Shown: positions 1-9,685 of the stretch, piece after piece | How the letters are laid out: every line of letters starts with the position of its first letter | Position numbering within the stretch: position 1 is the first letter of the stretch | Source: Corallochytrium limacisporum Hawaii | Lineage: Eukaryota; Protista; Pluriformea | Length of the DNA stretch: 64,000 nucleotides | Direction of reading: 5' to 3' | Assembly: GCA_002811645.1 (NCBI GenBank) | Contig: PDIP01000021.1 | Location: 124,001-188,000 of the forward strand | Made by a program: the position numbers and the translations under genes | Notes under the pieces: generated by a model | Seen by the model: only the letters and a program-made list of their open reading frames with translations | Databases searched by the model: none | What the model was told of the DNA's origin: nothing

Positions 1-326
1 GGCTCAGCCTTGCGAGCTAGCGGAGGCGACGGATTGGTTGCAGCCCCATTCTGGGGTGCCCTCGGTGGTGCACGCTTTTCCTTAGCAGACTGAATGGCCT
101 TATTAACACGGTCCTGGTAGCTCATCAGGGCGACGTTGCGCACGGCTTTCAAATCCGCTCCCGCGTTCTTTGCATCCTGAGTCTCAGCAACGGTCTTTGC
201 GCCCCAACGCAAATCCTTCTCGTCTGCTTCGTTCTCAAAATGAGGATCGGTGTCCCAGTCGTCTTCATCATGGGCAACCTTTTTGATTGCTGTCTGGCGG
301 TTGCCAGCTGCTGCACGCCATGCCAT
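1..326 (-). CDS. Cortactin/HS1-like protein, N-terminal part (runs off the window edge)
   Basis: Manual translation from ATG at 326 gives MAWRAAAGNRQTAIKKVAHDEDDWDTDPHFENEADEKDLRWGAKTV, matching the cortactin N-terminal acidic region ([25 protein letters not shown]). It is absent from the ORF track because no stop lies inside the window. Confidence 0.85.
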   Translation of the reverse strand, partial: MAWRAAAGNRQTAIKKVAHDEDDWDTDPHFENEADEKDLRWGAKTVAETQDAKNAGADLKAVRNVALMSYQDRVNKAIQSAKEKRAPPRAPQNGAATNPSPPLARKAE

Positions 327-1204
327 GGTTCTTGTCTGTTGCGTGATTTGACTCCTTCAGGTGATATGTAGGCGGTCTATGCTAACATTCACTGCTCTCC
401 AGCGTCTCCTGGGAACTTAGTACCTGAATCCGTGTCAGGGCGACGAGGGAACAGATCGCTTACAAACCACAGAGTCTCAGAATCATGACGCCAGTGGGTC
501 CCCAGAGTGTTCATTCAACCGTTCGAAAATGAACAAGCCACGAGCTGCCGCCATTCATATCCCCAGCATCGAGATCTTCAGACCAGACTGAACACACGAG
601 AAAATTGAAGATAACACCACACACACCCGTCTTGGACATCTCCCGAGGAGACCATTGGATACGGTACTCATTCTATGGTAGGCCCAAGATTGGTTTGTTT
701 GTACTTTCCAGCTGTCCTGTTTTCGTCTTCTCTCTAAATGTTGCTCACTTCCCTCTCCGGTCTACGGCAGAAGAGGTATGTTGTGTCTTGTGTCCACGGA
801 TTGCGCTGCCAATGAGCTGATCGCCCAAGAGGCAGGAGTGGACTGACCCACCCGCCGCCGCACAGAGACGGCAGGGGGAGTTGGGGCATTCGAGAATTTA
901 GAAATATGTATAAGGTACGGGGCACGCCTGCCGATCCCCCTACCAAGGACCCCCCTTTCCCCCCCCCCCCCAAGTCCGGCGAGCGATCGCTTTTCTGGCA
1001 CCAGACACGGGCCGGTCAGACCGTCCCTTCGAAATTGGGGCCACAGACCCTCCCACCCAGCCGTTTGGTACACCCGTCGTAAAGGCCGGTTGGTGGGTGA
1101 ATCAGATTTATTACCTTCATATATAATCAGTGCACTTCAAAAGACATGGCTTTGATTTACAGCTATAATTTATTCATTATAGTACGTGCTAATCCGTACG
1201 AAAA

Positions 1205-1834
1205 TCATAAGCTAATCATTCGCTCCCACCAGAGGGTTCCTAGGGCCGGGCACTCGGTGGTAATGCAGCCCCAGAGGGCATCAAGGCACTGCTGCGTACT
1301 CTTCTCAGTGACATCGCGGGTGCTTGTTGCCGCTGACAACCTCACGAAAGGTCCCTCTCCGCTCCTATCCAAATCCTCGAACGATGCTAACTGCACTTCC
1401 AACATGTCCGCCGACATGTAATGCTCCTTGCGGGCCATGAGCCGCTCCTTCAGTGTCGCCAGTCCGTTCCGGAAGTCCAGCCAAACAAAGACCACCTTTG
1501 AATCATCGTTTCCCCCGGGACGTCGCAATTGGTCCCTGTACTTCCTTTTCAGTGCAGAACAGGTGATCACCACTTCACGCTTACGTTCCACGTACAGACG
1601 CACGTCATTCTCCATCTCATCAAGCCAGGGCTGGCGGTCAGCGTCATTGAGTGGTTTTCCCGCTGCCATTTTGGCTACGTTGCCAGCACTGTGTCGTCGA
1701 TCTGCCTCAAGAAAGTCGCACTCCAGGCGCTCTGCTAACATTCTTCCTAGTGTGGTCTTACCGGAACCACAGACACCGATCACAATCCACACAAACGGCG
1801 GCCGTTCTAACTTACCCTCCAGGGTGGCGTCCAT
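1205..1834 (-). CDS. IDNK: Gluconokinase (GntK/IdnK family)
   Basis: P-loop GVCGSGKTT plus family motifs NVAKMAAGKPLNDADRQPWL, TCSALKRKYRDQL and RKEHYMSADMLEVQLASFE. Confidence 0.93.
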   Translation of the reverse strand: MDATLEGKLERPPFVWIVIGVCGSGKTTLGRMLAERLECDFLEADRRHSAGNVAKMAAGKPLNDADRQPWLDEMENDVRLYVERKREVVITCSALKRKYRDQLRRPGGNDDSKVVFVWLDFRNGLATLKERLMARKEHYMSADMLEVQLASFEDLDRSGEGPFVRLSAATSTRDVTEKSTQQCLDALWGCITTECPALGTLWWERMISL

Positions 1835-2116
1835 CCTGTAGGTTACATGTTTTCAGTGCTGTAACGATCGCCAAGTAAGGTGTGGTGGGCGACAATTCCT
1901 GCAGCCTAGTTTGCTGTTCTTTGTCCCAGGTAGCTTTATGCAAGAGAAACTATAAACATGGACCTATGCCAGTCTGGGCCACAGAAAATAGACAACAGAG
2001 TCCCTCTCCTCCGAGTGGGAGTGAGAGGGATAAGTTGAAAACGAATGATGTGACGAATGTAATGGCTTTGGTTGTGGTTTCCTTTGGTTGCGTATGTGCA
2101 CTCCTTTGTTCTGATC

Positions 2117-3364
2117 TCATGTTCGGAGCTCTCGCATGGCCCACGCTCGGTCATCCAAATCTTCTTTGACCTTTGCGTACTCTTGCACGAGTTCATCAAA
2201 GCCGAGGCCTGCGTTGGCGTAGACATCCATTGACCGTGTTAGTGTGTGCAGCGCCGCGTCTTCTTCTGCATGGAGGTGCTCCAGGACTCCAGCGATGGCG
2301 CGCAGACTCTCCGCAATTGCAGGATCAGCGCCATATGTTTCCCAACGGAGTTCTGCTAGAAGAGTGCGGTACTTAGCCACGAGCGCATCCGCCCGAGCGC
2401 GGAGGTACGCAAAGTGTGCGGCGTTTGCTGGCTTAAGTTGACCGTCGACGGCGGTAATCTTAAAACGCCGCAGCGCCAGAACCGCGCGGGCGAGATGCGC
2501 CACTTCGAGGACAGATTCGTGCTCGACAGCAGAGTGGGAACGCTGACAGTCTCGCAGAGAGCGGTGGTAGCGTTGGAGAGACCGATTTACTACGGTGGAC
2601 AAGGACCCAGTATCTATACCATCCGGGCCGTCGTTGCTCATCACGGCATCACTATGCTCTGCCTCCATTTCTGTATCATAGGTGTTGTCGTCCATGAAAA
2701 ATTCTACAAGGAGCGCATGCTGCGCTTCGATTCGCTCTGCCACCTTTCCGAGGAGTGTTCGAGTGACGTAGCTGCGGCAATGCTTTAAGGCGTTTGGATC
2801 GGTAGTGGTGACCGTAACCATCTCCGACACGGCTTCGCTGCGGAGGCCGAGTGACAGAGCCCCGATCCCTTGGCTCACACTGTCCTGTTGATTCTGTTCA
2901 TCTTCCGCTAAGCCATCCGCACTCAGAACATTACCATCTCTACCTTCCTTTCGCAAACTCTGGAACTGAGCCCACCGCTTGGCGGCCAGGACTTCCTGTG
3001 CAAGAGATGCATCCTCCGCATGGCTACCCTTCTGTTCTCGACAGTATCTGAGTTCACGGGACACTGTTGCTGCGATGATTTGCTGCTGGCAAAGGCCGTG
3101 CAGGGCCGAATCCCTCTGGCGCATGGCTTGGTTCAGTTCGGTTTTGAGCATCTTCAACTCCAGCACCTGTCGCCGGCACATTTCCCGCCAGGCTTGTATG
3201 CCGGCCTCAGATTTGAGGTCCTTTGGTATTGCCTTAGACTCATCATTGTCTCCTGACGACAGATCCAGGTTTTCAATCAATGCATCGACGGCACCAACAG
3301 GATCCAGTCCCAAGACCTGGTGCTGCCGATTGGTACAGATGCACCCTGCACTTATCTGCTCCAT
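2117..3364 (-). CDS. HAUS4: HAUS augmin-like complex subunit 4
   Basis: Coiled-coil protein whose C-terminus (YLRARADALVAKYR..ETY..Y..AGLGFDELVQEYAKVKEDLDDRAWAMREL) matches the HAUS4 pattern (DTYT..YEVLGEEFDRLVKEY..KRWALQEF). Confidence 0.75.
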   Translation of the reverse strand: MEQISAGCICTNRQHQVLGLDPVGAVDALIENLDLSSGDNDESKAIPKDLKSEAGIQAWREMCRRQVLELKMLKTELNQAMRQRDSALHGLCQQQIIAATVSRELRYCREQKGSHAEDASLAQEVLAAKRWAQFQSLRKEGRDGNVLSADGLAEDEQNQQDSVSQGIGALSLGLRSEAVSEMVTVTTTDPNALKHCRSYVTRTLLGKVAERIEAQHALLVEFFMDDNTYDTEMEAEHSDAVMSNDGPDGIDTGSLSTVVNRSLQRYHRSLRDCQRSHSAVEHESVLEVAHLARAVLALRRFKITAVDGQLKPANAAHFAYLRARADALVAKYRTLLAELRWETYGADPAIAESLRAIAGVLEHLHAEEDAALHTLTRSMDVYANAGLGFDELVQEYAKVKEDLDDRAWAMRELRT

Positions 3365-3576
3365 TCTCGACCTATTCTCCGCGGTCTAACTTATTCTTTA
3401 GATGATTTTGACTGTAGCTGTTTGATGTATTGCATGCTCTTGTTTGTTTTCTTTCCGAATCAACTCCTATTTCTACCAATTGTTGAACGTGTCACTCCAC
3501 GCCTGGATCTCCCAAAGTACCCAGCAGCTACCCCCAACGAGGGTCTCGGGACAACCAAACGCTGGGAGAAATTTCA

Positions 3577-3585
3577 CGCGCCAAA
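3577..3585 (-). promoter_or_regulatory. E2F-type site TTTGGCGCG upstream of HAUS4
   Basis: CGCGCCAAA on the + strand, about 210 bp upstream of the HAUS4 ATG in the divergent HAUS4/PIGB promoter. Confidence 0.55.
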
Positions 3586-3929
3586 AAAAAAATGGGCGAG
3601 CCGGCGTACACTCATATAGAAAATGGACCCCGGTGTCTTGACACTCGGGGTCTCTATTTTGAGGTCTCTTCGTGAAGAGAGGTGAGGAGGATGTGGGGAG
3701 GGGAGAAGGGGGGTGAGTCTCAAGCTGGGCGCTGGAGGGGAGACACTGACGGAGCGCGGGGGTACTTTGGATGCCTTTGTTTGCTGAGGGTTAGATGACG
3801 GAGACCTCGGACTGATCTAACCATATGGATGTAGTGTACTAATTATTTAGAGAAGGATTTCTAGACCCGCGTATCCCACCGTCACTGTAGAAATCATGAA
3901 CGCTAAGTGCTGCTCTCGATAACGAGCTG

Positions 3930-5990
3930 ATGGCGTTCGCAGACAGACCGGAGCTGCGCCGGCGAGGCCAACCTATTGCAACGGGAGCTACTGCTGATGA
4001 CTCCTCTTCCGAAGGGGACGAGGTTGTTCCACTTATGCGAGGACAGCAACGCGCTTTGGATGATCGGCGCATTGTGTCAGTTGTCACGCAGAAGATCAAT
4101 GATTTGCTCAACTATCTCATTCGGGAGAATCCTTTGCTGCTGATTTTGATCTTCCGGGTTCACAACGCCTTGTTCCTACAGACAAGTTTCGTAGCGGATG
4201 AGTATTGGCAGTCATTGGAAGTCGCACACGGCCTAGTCTACGGCTGCGGACTGATGACTTGGGAATGGGAGGAAGGCTTGAGGTCCTACACGTTCCCGCT
4301 GATCTTTGCCACACTTTATCAGATCCTGCGGTTCCTTGGCTTGGACTCAGCCTGGGCGCTGATCACTTTTCCACGTATTCTCAGTGGCATTGTTTATGGC
4401 TTCGCCGATTATGCAACTATGCAGCTGACCAGGCGCTTCTTCGGTAATACCGCTGGTGCGATTGCTCTGGTGCTCTCCTTGACCAACTGGTTCGCTTTCT
4501 TTGCTGGTCCCCGGACCTTAACAAACGGCTGGGAGACAGCATTGGTTGCTCAGACGCTGGTTGTTTGGATCTGGCCAGACGAAGTTGCGCCGGGTGCTTG
4601 GCAGAGAGTGCCACACCGGGACTCTGGCTCCACGCACGCGAAGGACTCGAAGGCGACGAAGAAAACTCCATCGGAGGCGGACAACGAAGATGTATCACCA
4701 TCGCTGCGATCGACTCAGAGCCGGGGTCATTGTTCCGCGTCTGACTGGCACCTTATCACCCGCACTGCACTGGCCGCTCTGTACTGCGGCTTAGCCACCA
4801 TGCTGCGCCCCACCGCCGCCATTGTCTTGGCCGTGCTCATGATTCAGCACGCCGTCTGCAGTCCATCCAAACGTGCGGTGCTTGCCATGATCGTGCTCGG
4901 GATCCTGCCAGTGGTTGTGATTTTAGTTGCGGCTCAGGTAGCCATCGATTCGTATTTTTATGGGCATTTCCCAACCTTCACACCACTGCGCTTTTTGACT
5001 GCCAACGTTGGACACGGTGGGCTGCTAAGCAGTCGATACGGTGTCCAAGATGCGCTGTGGTACGCCTATTCCGGACTGCCCCAGATTGCACCGCTTGAGT
5101 ATCCACTCGCGATGTTTGGATTCTCACTACTCGAGTTCAGTAGTCCACAAGCCGTACTGGGGCCCGTGGCACTGGTGTGGGTGGGACTACACTCTGCCAT
5201 TCGGCACAAAGAGCAGCGCTTCGCGATGCCTCTACTACCCATAGTGAATTGTTATGCTGCTTCGGTGCTGGCCCTAGGGCTGTCACGTACGTCCCGCAGA
5301 CTAGCGCAGAGAAAAACGAAGAAAAATACGCCAGAGCCATCTCAGTCACGGACATCGGCTAACAATACGGTCCTAACGCGGTTCCCTTTCGCTTCCAAGA
5401 ACTCTGTTGCATCCTTCCTACAGCGCTACCTGACCTACATCCTGTGTCTACTCATTTCCACGAACCTGGCAATGGGTTCGTATCTCTCCTTCGTGCATCA
5501 GCGCGGAACCCTGGACGCTGTGCACTATCTCCAGGGTCTCCACGAAAGCCAGCCACGGCGCGTGAAATCGGTGCTCTATGCCATGCCATGCCACTCGGCA
5601 CCGGCGTACAGCCATCTGGGACCGACCTGCGCTATTGATCAGCGGCATTTAGATTGCTCACCTCCGCGGCAGGGTACGGACGCATGGCGAGCGCTTGTAA
5701 CCCATGGTGAAGGGTCCGGCCCGGGTCAGTTCGAGGACGAGGCAGACTGTTTTCTGCGTGAGCCTGCAGCGTGGTGGACGCGGGAGTACGGGACCTCGGG
5801 GAGTGGCAAACCGCCGCCTACTCACATCGTTTGCTTCGACGGAGTTCGGGACAGACTTGAGCAGGTTATTCGGGACAGTGGCTACGAACTTGTCCAAAGC
5901 TTCTTGCACACCCATTTTCCAGAGCCGCGCAGGGGTGGACAGGTGTTGGTGTATGAAAGGAAGCACCAACCGAAGCTGGGAACAGGATGA
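3930..5990 (+). CDS. PIGB: GPI mannosyltransferase 3 (PIG-B/Gpi10, GT22)
   Basis: Motifs FVADEYWQSLEVAH, TWEWEEGLRSY, RTLTN, HKEQRF, HQRG, MPCHS and LDCSP, with multiple TM helices. Confidence 0.95.
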   Translation: MAFADRPELRRRGQPIATGATADDSSSEGDEVVPLMRGQQRALDDRRIVSVVTQKINDLLNYLIRENPLLLILIFRVHNALFLQTSFVADEYWQSLEVAHGLVYGCGLMTWEWEEGLRSYTFPLIFATLYQILRFLGLDSAWALITFPRILSGIVYGFADYATMQLTRRFFGNTAGAIALVLSLTNWFAFFAGPRTLTNGWETALVAQTLVVWIWPDEVAPGAWQRVPHRDSGSTHAKDSKATKKTPSEADNEDVSPSLRSTQSRGHCSASDWHLITRTALAALYCGLATMLRPTAAIVLAVLMIQHAVCSPSKRAVLAMIVLGILPVVVILVAAQVAIDSYFYGHFPTFTPLRFLTANVGHGGLLSSRYGVQDALWYAYSGLPQIAPLEYPLAMFGFSLLEFSSPQAVLGPVALVWVGLHSAIRHKEQRFAMPLLPIVNCYAASVLALGLSRTSRRLAQRKTKKNTPEPSQSRTSANNTVLTRFPFASKNSVASFLQRYLTYILCLLISTNLAMGSYLSFVHQRGTLDAVHYLQGLHESQPRRVKSVLYAMPCHSAPAYSHLGPTCAIDQRHLDCSPPRQGTDAWRALVTHGEGSGPGQFEDEADCFLREPAAWWTREYGTSGSGKPPPTHIVCFDGVRDRLEQVIRDSGYELVQSFLHTHFPEPRRGGQVLVYERKHQPKLGTG

Positions 5991-6111
5991 AGGAAAATCA
6001 CAGAGCATGAGAATGTAGCAGCATTAGGTAATAAAAAGAGAAACCAGGACCAATGCCTGTACAGAAAATTTGCATGGGCCTTAGACTGTCTTAAAGAGAT
6101 CGTAAGGAAGT

Positions 6112-6399
6112 TTAAAATACTTTTGGCTGGGGCCGCATGGCATCCACTCCCGCTACACCAGCAGCCTGAGCCTCATTCTCTGCCGCTTTAGTAACCTTCC
6201 GGCCCTTTCGGTAGCTGACCATTTGGCTCTTGAATTCGAAGAAGTCTGTGAAGGATGGGAGCAGATCAAACACTTCGGCCTCGATCAGACCCTCGTCGTT
6301 CTCTTTGGCACCATCTATGAACTGGGCCATATCATGTCCACCCGGGACACGACGGTTAGGTTCCTGTTCTACGTAAGATTCAACCAATTCCGTGTACGC
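6112..6399 (-). pseudogene. ARL2BP: 5'-truncated ARL2BP (BART domain) fragment
   Basis: AYTELVESYVEQE..DMAQF..EVFDLLPSFTDFFEFKSQMVSYR matches the second half of the BART domain (YISLVEKYIEEQL..DIFDMLLTFTDFLAFKEMFLDYR). No ATG precedes the homologous region: a C12 tract is followed by an in-frame TAA at 6421-6423. Confidence 0.65.
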
Positions 6400-6465
6400 C
6401 CCGGGGGGGGGGGGCAGGACTTAATTTGCGCAAGGTTTTGAGTATATCTAAGCAAGGTATAATGT

Positions 6466-8691
6466 TCAGAGAATCTGCTGCCTCTGCGACAGCTCGTGGA
6501 TGGCGTACTGTGCGCGGTACTCGGATGGACGAAGGCTGCAGATCAGACTGACCTTCTTGACAATCTCTGCTGCAACCCCGGGCGAACTGGCCTCGAAAGT
6601 GTAACTCTTGTACTTGGGATCCCGCCAGTAGATGAAATGGAAAACACAGGTCGTCTTCTTGTCAACATGCGAGGATGAGGACGGCGGAACAGCTGGAAAG
6701 TCGCCTGCTGAGGCCTTACCATCGCCAGAACCGACACCAATCCCACCGTTCGCGGTAACCGGGGCCCTCGAGGTGCTCTCCCTGCCTCCTTTGCGGCCGG
6801 TGCTGTGGGCTCGTGGGAAACCACTTTCAGCGTGAGGATCATCGGCACCATTGATATCGTCACTCTCCGCGACAGCGGAGGCACTACTGGCACTGTCCAG
6901 TCCACAGTGCACAATGCGGTCCATTTCGTAGGTCACCAGCGCAGCCTTCTTTGTGCCAAAGAGTCCAGAACTGCGGTTGACAGGACTGACCTGGACCTTG
7001 TCGCCATCGATGGCCATGATGTACTGTTCCTTGCCCAGGAACTTCTCTCGTGTGACCTGGTAGCTCTTGTACTGGTGAATGTTGAGCGAGTACTCCACAT
7101 CCCGCTGCGCATCATCATCCGGCTCTTCCTCCTGGATGTCCACACGCTTGCTGAATTTATGGATCAGTTTGAACTCTTCGACGCCAATGGCGGACAGTGT
7201 CTGGCGCAGGTCGAGTTCCGCACCCGGCGCATCGACCAACTCAAGAGAATGCTGACCGTACGGCAGCGCACGCTTCCGCAGGACCATCTGCAGTAGTTCC
7301 TTTAGAGTAATATCTTTCGACTCCACGGGCAGAATCGATGATCCGTGGGAGGGCAAGTAAATGCGAATGAACACTTTGCCGGCTTTAGATGCAGTGTTGG
7401 TGCGGGGACGTGCCTGGTTAGCCTTGTTCACGGCTGAGGCGGCGGCAGTGTTATTCGCACCACTAATCATGCTGCCTATTCCGCCGCCGATAATGGACGT
7501 GGCATTGCCACTACTAACAGCACGCCGCTGCGCTGCGGTCATTGCCGGAGGGGGTCCACCGGCTGTGGCTTGGGCCATGCCCGCGCCGCTGGCTGCTCCG
7601 GGCTTCTTCCACTTTGGATTCGGACAGATTGCCAGGAGGGGGAAACCAAATTTCGAGATGGGTTGCTTGTAGTCCAAGGGGGGGAAATCCATGTCCGGCT
7701 CACCGTCGTCATCGTCGCACATACGCAGACAGTAGGCATCCACGTTTTCCTCTGGCTTTGGTTCCCGTTCTTCGTCCCAATACTTGCTCAATGCTACACC
7801 AAGCACGTTGTGAACCATCGCGTTGGTTAGCAGAACCAGCCGCATTGTCCGTTGGTCTCTGGCCTGAGTGATGCTGATACCCTCGGGAACGTCCTGGAAG
7901 GTGAAGAGTACATTTAATTTTACCGTCCGCCGTGCGCCGACATGACCCTCACCACTGAAGCGCAAATGTGTCTGGAACGGATTCTCCCGTGGTCCATCTC
8001 TTGGATCTGGGGCGAAGAGGCGGCTGAGGCCGGAGCGAGGGTTGGGGTCCTTCCCTTCGCCCTTCGCTTCGTCCGCATTGGCTGCTGCGGGTGGTGTGCC
8101 CTTGATGGCTTGGGTTGTAGTATTTTCTTCATCATCTTCTCCATCACCATCGGCGCCCTTTGCATACCACAACCGCGCGCGCACTTGGGACTCCCTCAGG
8201 CGTCCAAAAAGATCGTCTCCAAGGGACTTTCCTGTGCCCGTTTTAGATTTAACAGCAGTGTCGGGGCCGCCGCCATTGGCCTTGCCATTTGCATCTTGAC
8301 CTGCGGTTGCTCTTGCTCCCGCTGCCGTTGAGGTCTCTGTCTCTTTGGCGTCGTTTGCTTTACCGTCGTGCTCTTGGTTGGCTCTTGACTGTTCTTTCTG
8401 TACGCCAGTTCCCCGGCCTCCCTGTGCGATGCCCCCTCGTTGCCCGGTCTCTCCCATACGCAGACCGGTGTCCTGGCTTTCTCCAATACTAATATCATTA
8501 CTGATCAGTGATGCTGTATATCCACTGGTTATTTTTCCCGGGCGTGAGTATCTGCGCAGTAGTTTCTGCCGGCCTGATCCAAACTCAAGAGCATCCGCGC
8601 CAAGGATGAAGCGCCTGCTGACGTCGTCCTGGGCCACAAAGGTACGGCGCAGATTCTCCACCAGAAGTTCTGCGTCGTCAACAAATGCCAT
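6466..8691 (-). CDS. MAPKAP1: TORC2 subunit SIN1/Avo1 (MAPKAP1)
   Basis: N-terminus MAFVDDAELL, CRIM motif YCLR..DGEPDMDFPPLD..PISKFGF, a Ras-binding-like domain, and a C-terminal PH domain (YKSYTFEA..AAEIVKKV). Confidence 0.92.
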   Translation of the reverse strand: MAFVDDAELLVENLRRTFVAQDDVSRRFILGADALEFGSGRQKLLRRYSRPGKITSGYTASLISNDISIGESQDTGLRMGETGQRGGIAQGGRGTGVQKEQSRANQEHDGKANDAKETETSTAAGARATAGQDANGKANGGGPDTAVKSKTGTGKSLGDDLFGRLRESQVRARLWYAKGADGDGEDDEENTTTQAIKGTPPAAANADEAKGEGKDPNPRSGLSRLFAPDPRDGPRENPFQTHLRFSGEGHVGARRTVKLNVLFTFQDVPEGISITQARDQRTMRLVLLTNAMVHNVLGVALSKYWDEEREPKPEENVDAYCLRMCDDDDGEPDMDFPPLDYKQPISKFGFPLLAICPNPKWKKPGAASGAGMAQATAGGPPPAMTAAQRRAVSSGNATSIIGGGIGSMISGANNTAAASAVNKANQARPRTNTASKAGKVFIRIYLPSHGSSILPVESKDITLKELLQMVLRKRALPYGQHSLELVDAPGAELDLRQTLSAIGVEEFKLIHKFSKRVDIQEEEPDDDAQRDVEYSLNIHQYKSYQVTREKFLGKEQYIMAIDGDKVQVSPVNRSSGLFGTKKAALVTYEMDRIVHCGLDSASSASAVAESDDINGADDPHAESGFPRAHSTGRKGGRESTSRAPVTANGGIGVGSGDGKASAGDFPAVPPSSSSHVDKKTTCVFHFIYWRDPKYKSYTFEASSPGVAAEIVKKVSLICSLRPSEYRAQYAIHELSQRQQIL

Positions 8692-9070
8692 AGCTATTGT
8701 TTATTTTATAAACACGAAATAATGACTTTCGAACGACACTAACGTTACATGATTTCAATTCGCCCTATAAGACCAAACGAGCAATACAACCACCTTCACA
8801 TTGCCTACCAGTGCCCTTGTGGCTATTGTCGTCACTATATTCTCTGAAATCTATATAATTGAGCCTTTACCATGTTCAGATATGTGAATACAAATACCAC
8901 ACGCATTGAACGCAGAACAATGACCAGGCTTGGAAACCCGAGCATCAAACGGTAGTACGCTGAGAGCGAGGAAAAACTGCTAAAAAGACGCCTCCCAACT
9001 ACCGCCCAGTGAGACTCCTGAGTGCCGGCCCCTCCTCCCCCCCCCCCCCCTCTCTGCCCCGGGAGTGTGG

Positions 9071-9098
9071 GTGTGTGTGTGTGTGTGTGTGTGTGTGT
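9071..9098. repeat. (GT)n microsatellite next to a poly-C tract in the SIN1/FBXW divergent promoter
   Basis: Uninterrupted GT dinucleotide run, with a C-rich run at about 9028-9050. Confidence 0.95.
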
Positions 9099-9685
9099 TC
9101 TTTCTGTGCGTGTGCCTTTTTCACTCTTTCCCCCGCCTTCTCCTTCTCTCGGGGTTTCGGGGTTTGTAGGAGAAAAAAAAAGTGACACCCTGTCCTTCTG
9201 CGGTCAGGTCACTCTCCGAGAAAAAAATTACTCAGACTCCTGTTTAGTAATGGAAGATATGACAAAATTGTAAGAAAGTTGCCCACTTTTTGCGATCTGG
9301 AACTTTGGGAGTCCATGGATGGAGGAGACTATGAAACCGGGAGGACGAGGAGAGAGGAGGGGGGAGAGGGGAAACTTGACAGTGAACCAGCGGGCACGAC
9401 GTGTTGGCATAGTGTTCACTCTGTGTCCATGTTGGGTCCTCTTTGTGAGCTCTGGAGCTTGATGGGACAGCTTGACAACAATATAGGATCTATGCAAACA
9501 GCAGAATGCTGTACAGGATTGAGTATCCTCCCGGGATCGCGTAGCCAGACTAGCTACTGAAAGAAGCGAAGCTGAGGTATGAAAACTTCTTCGGGGTGCT
9601 TGAAATCACTGGTTTTGAGCTAAGGATACGAACAAAACGGGTCGTGCTTGGACATCAATGAAAGCTTGGTCTATCGTGGCCCAAC

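Noticed and set aside
361-402. Plus-strand GT...GCTAAC...CAG mini-intron-like pattern
   Set aside because: It is antisense to the cortactin-like gene leader, has a weak donor, and there is no plus-strand gene to host it.
6400-6468. SIN1 and the ARL2BP fragment share a reading frame, suggesting a readthrough fusion
   Set aside because: Three in-frame stops (TGA 6466-6468, TAG 6448-6450, TAA 6421-6423) separate them.
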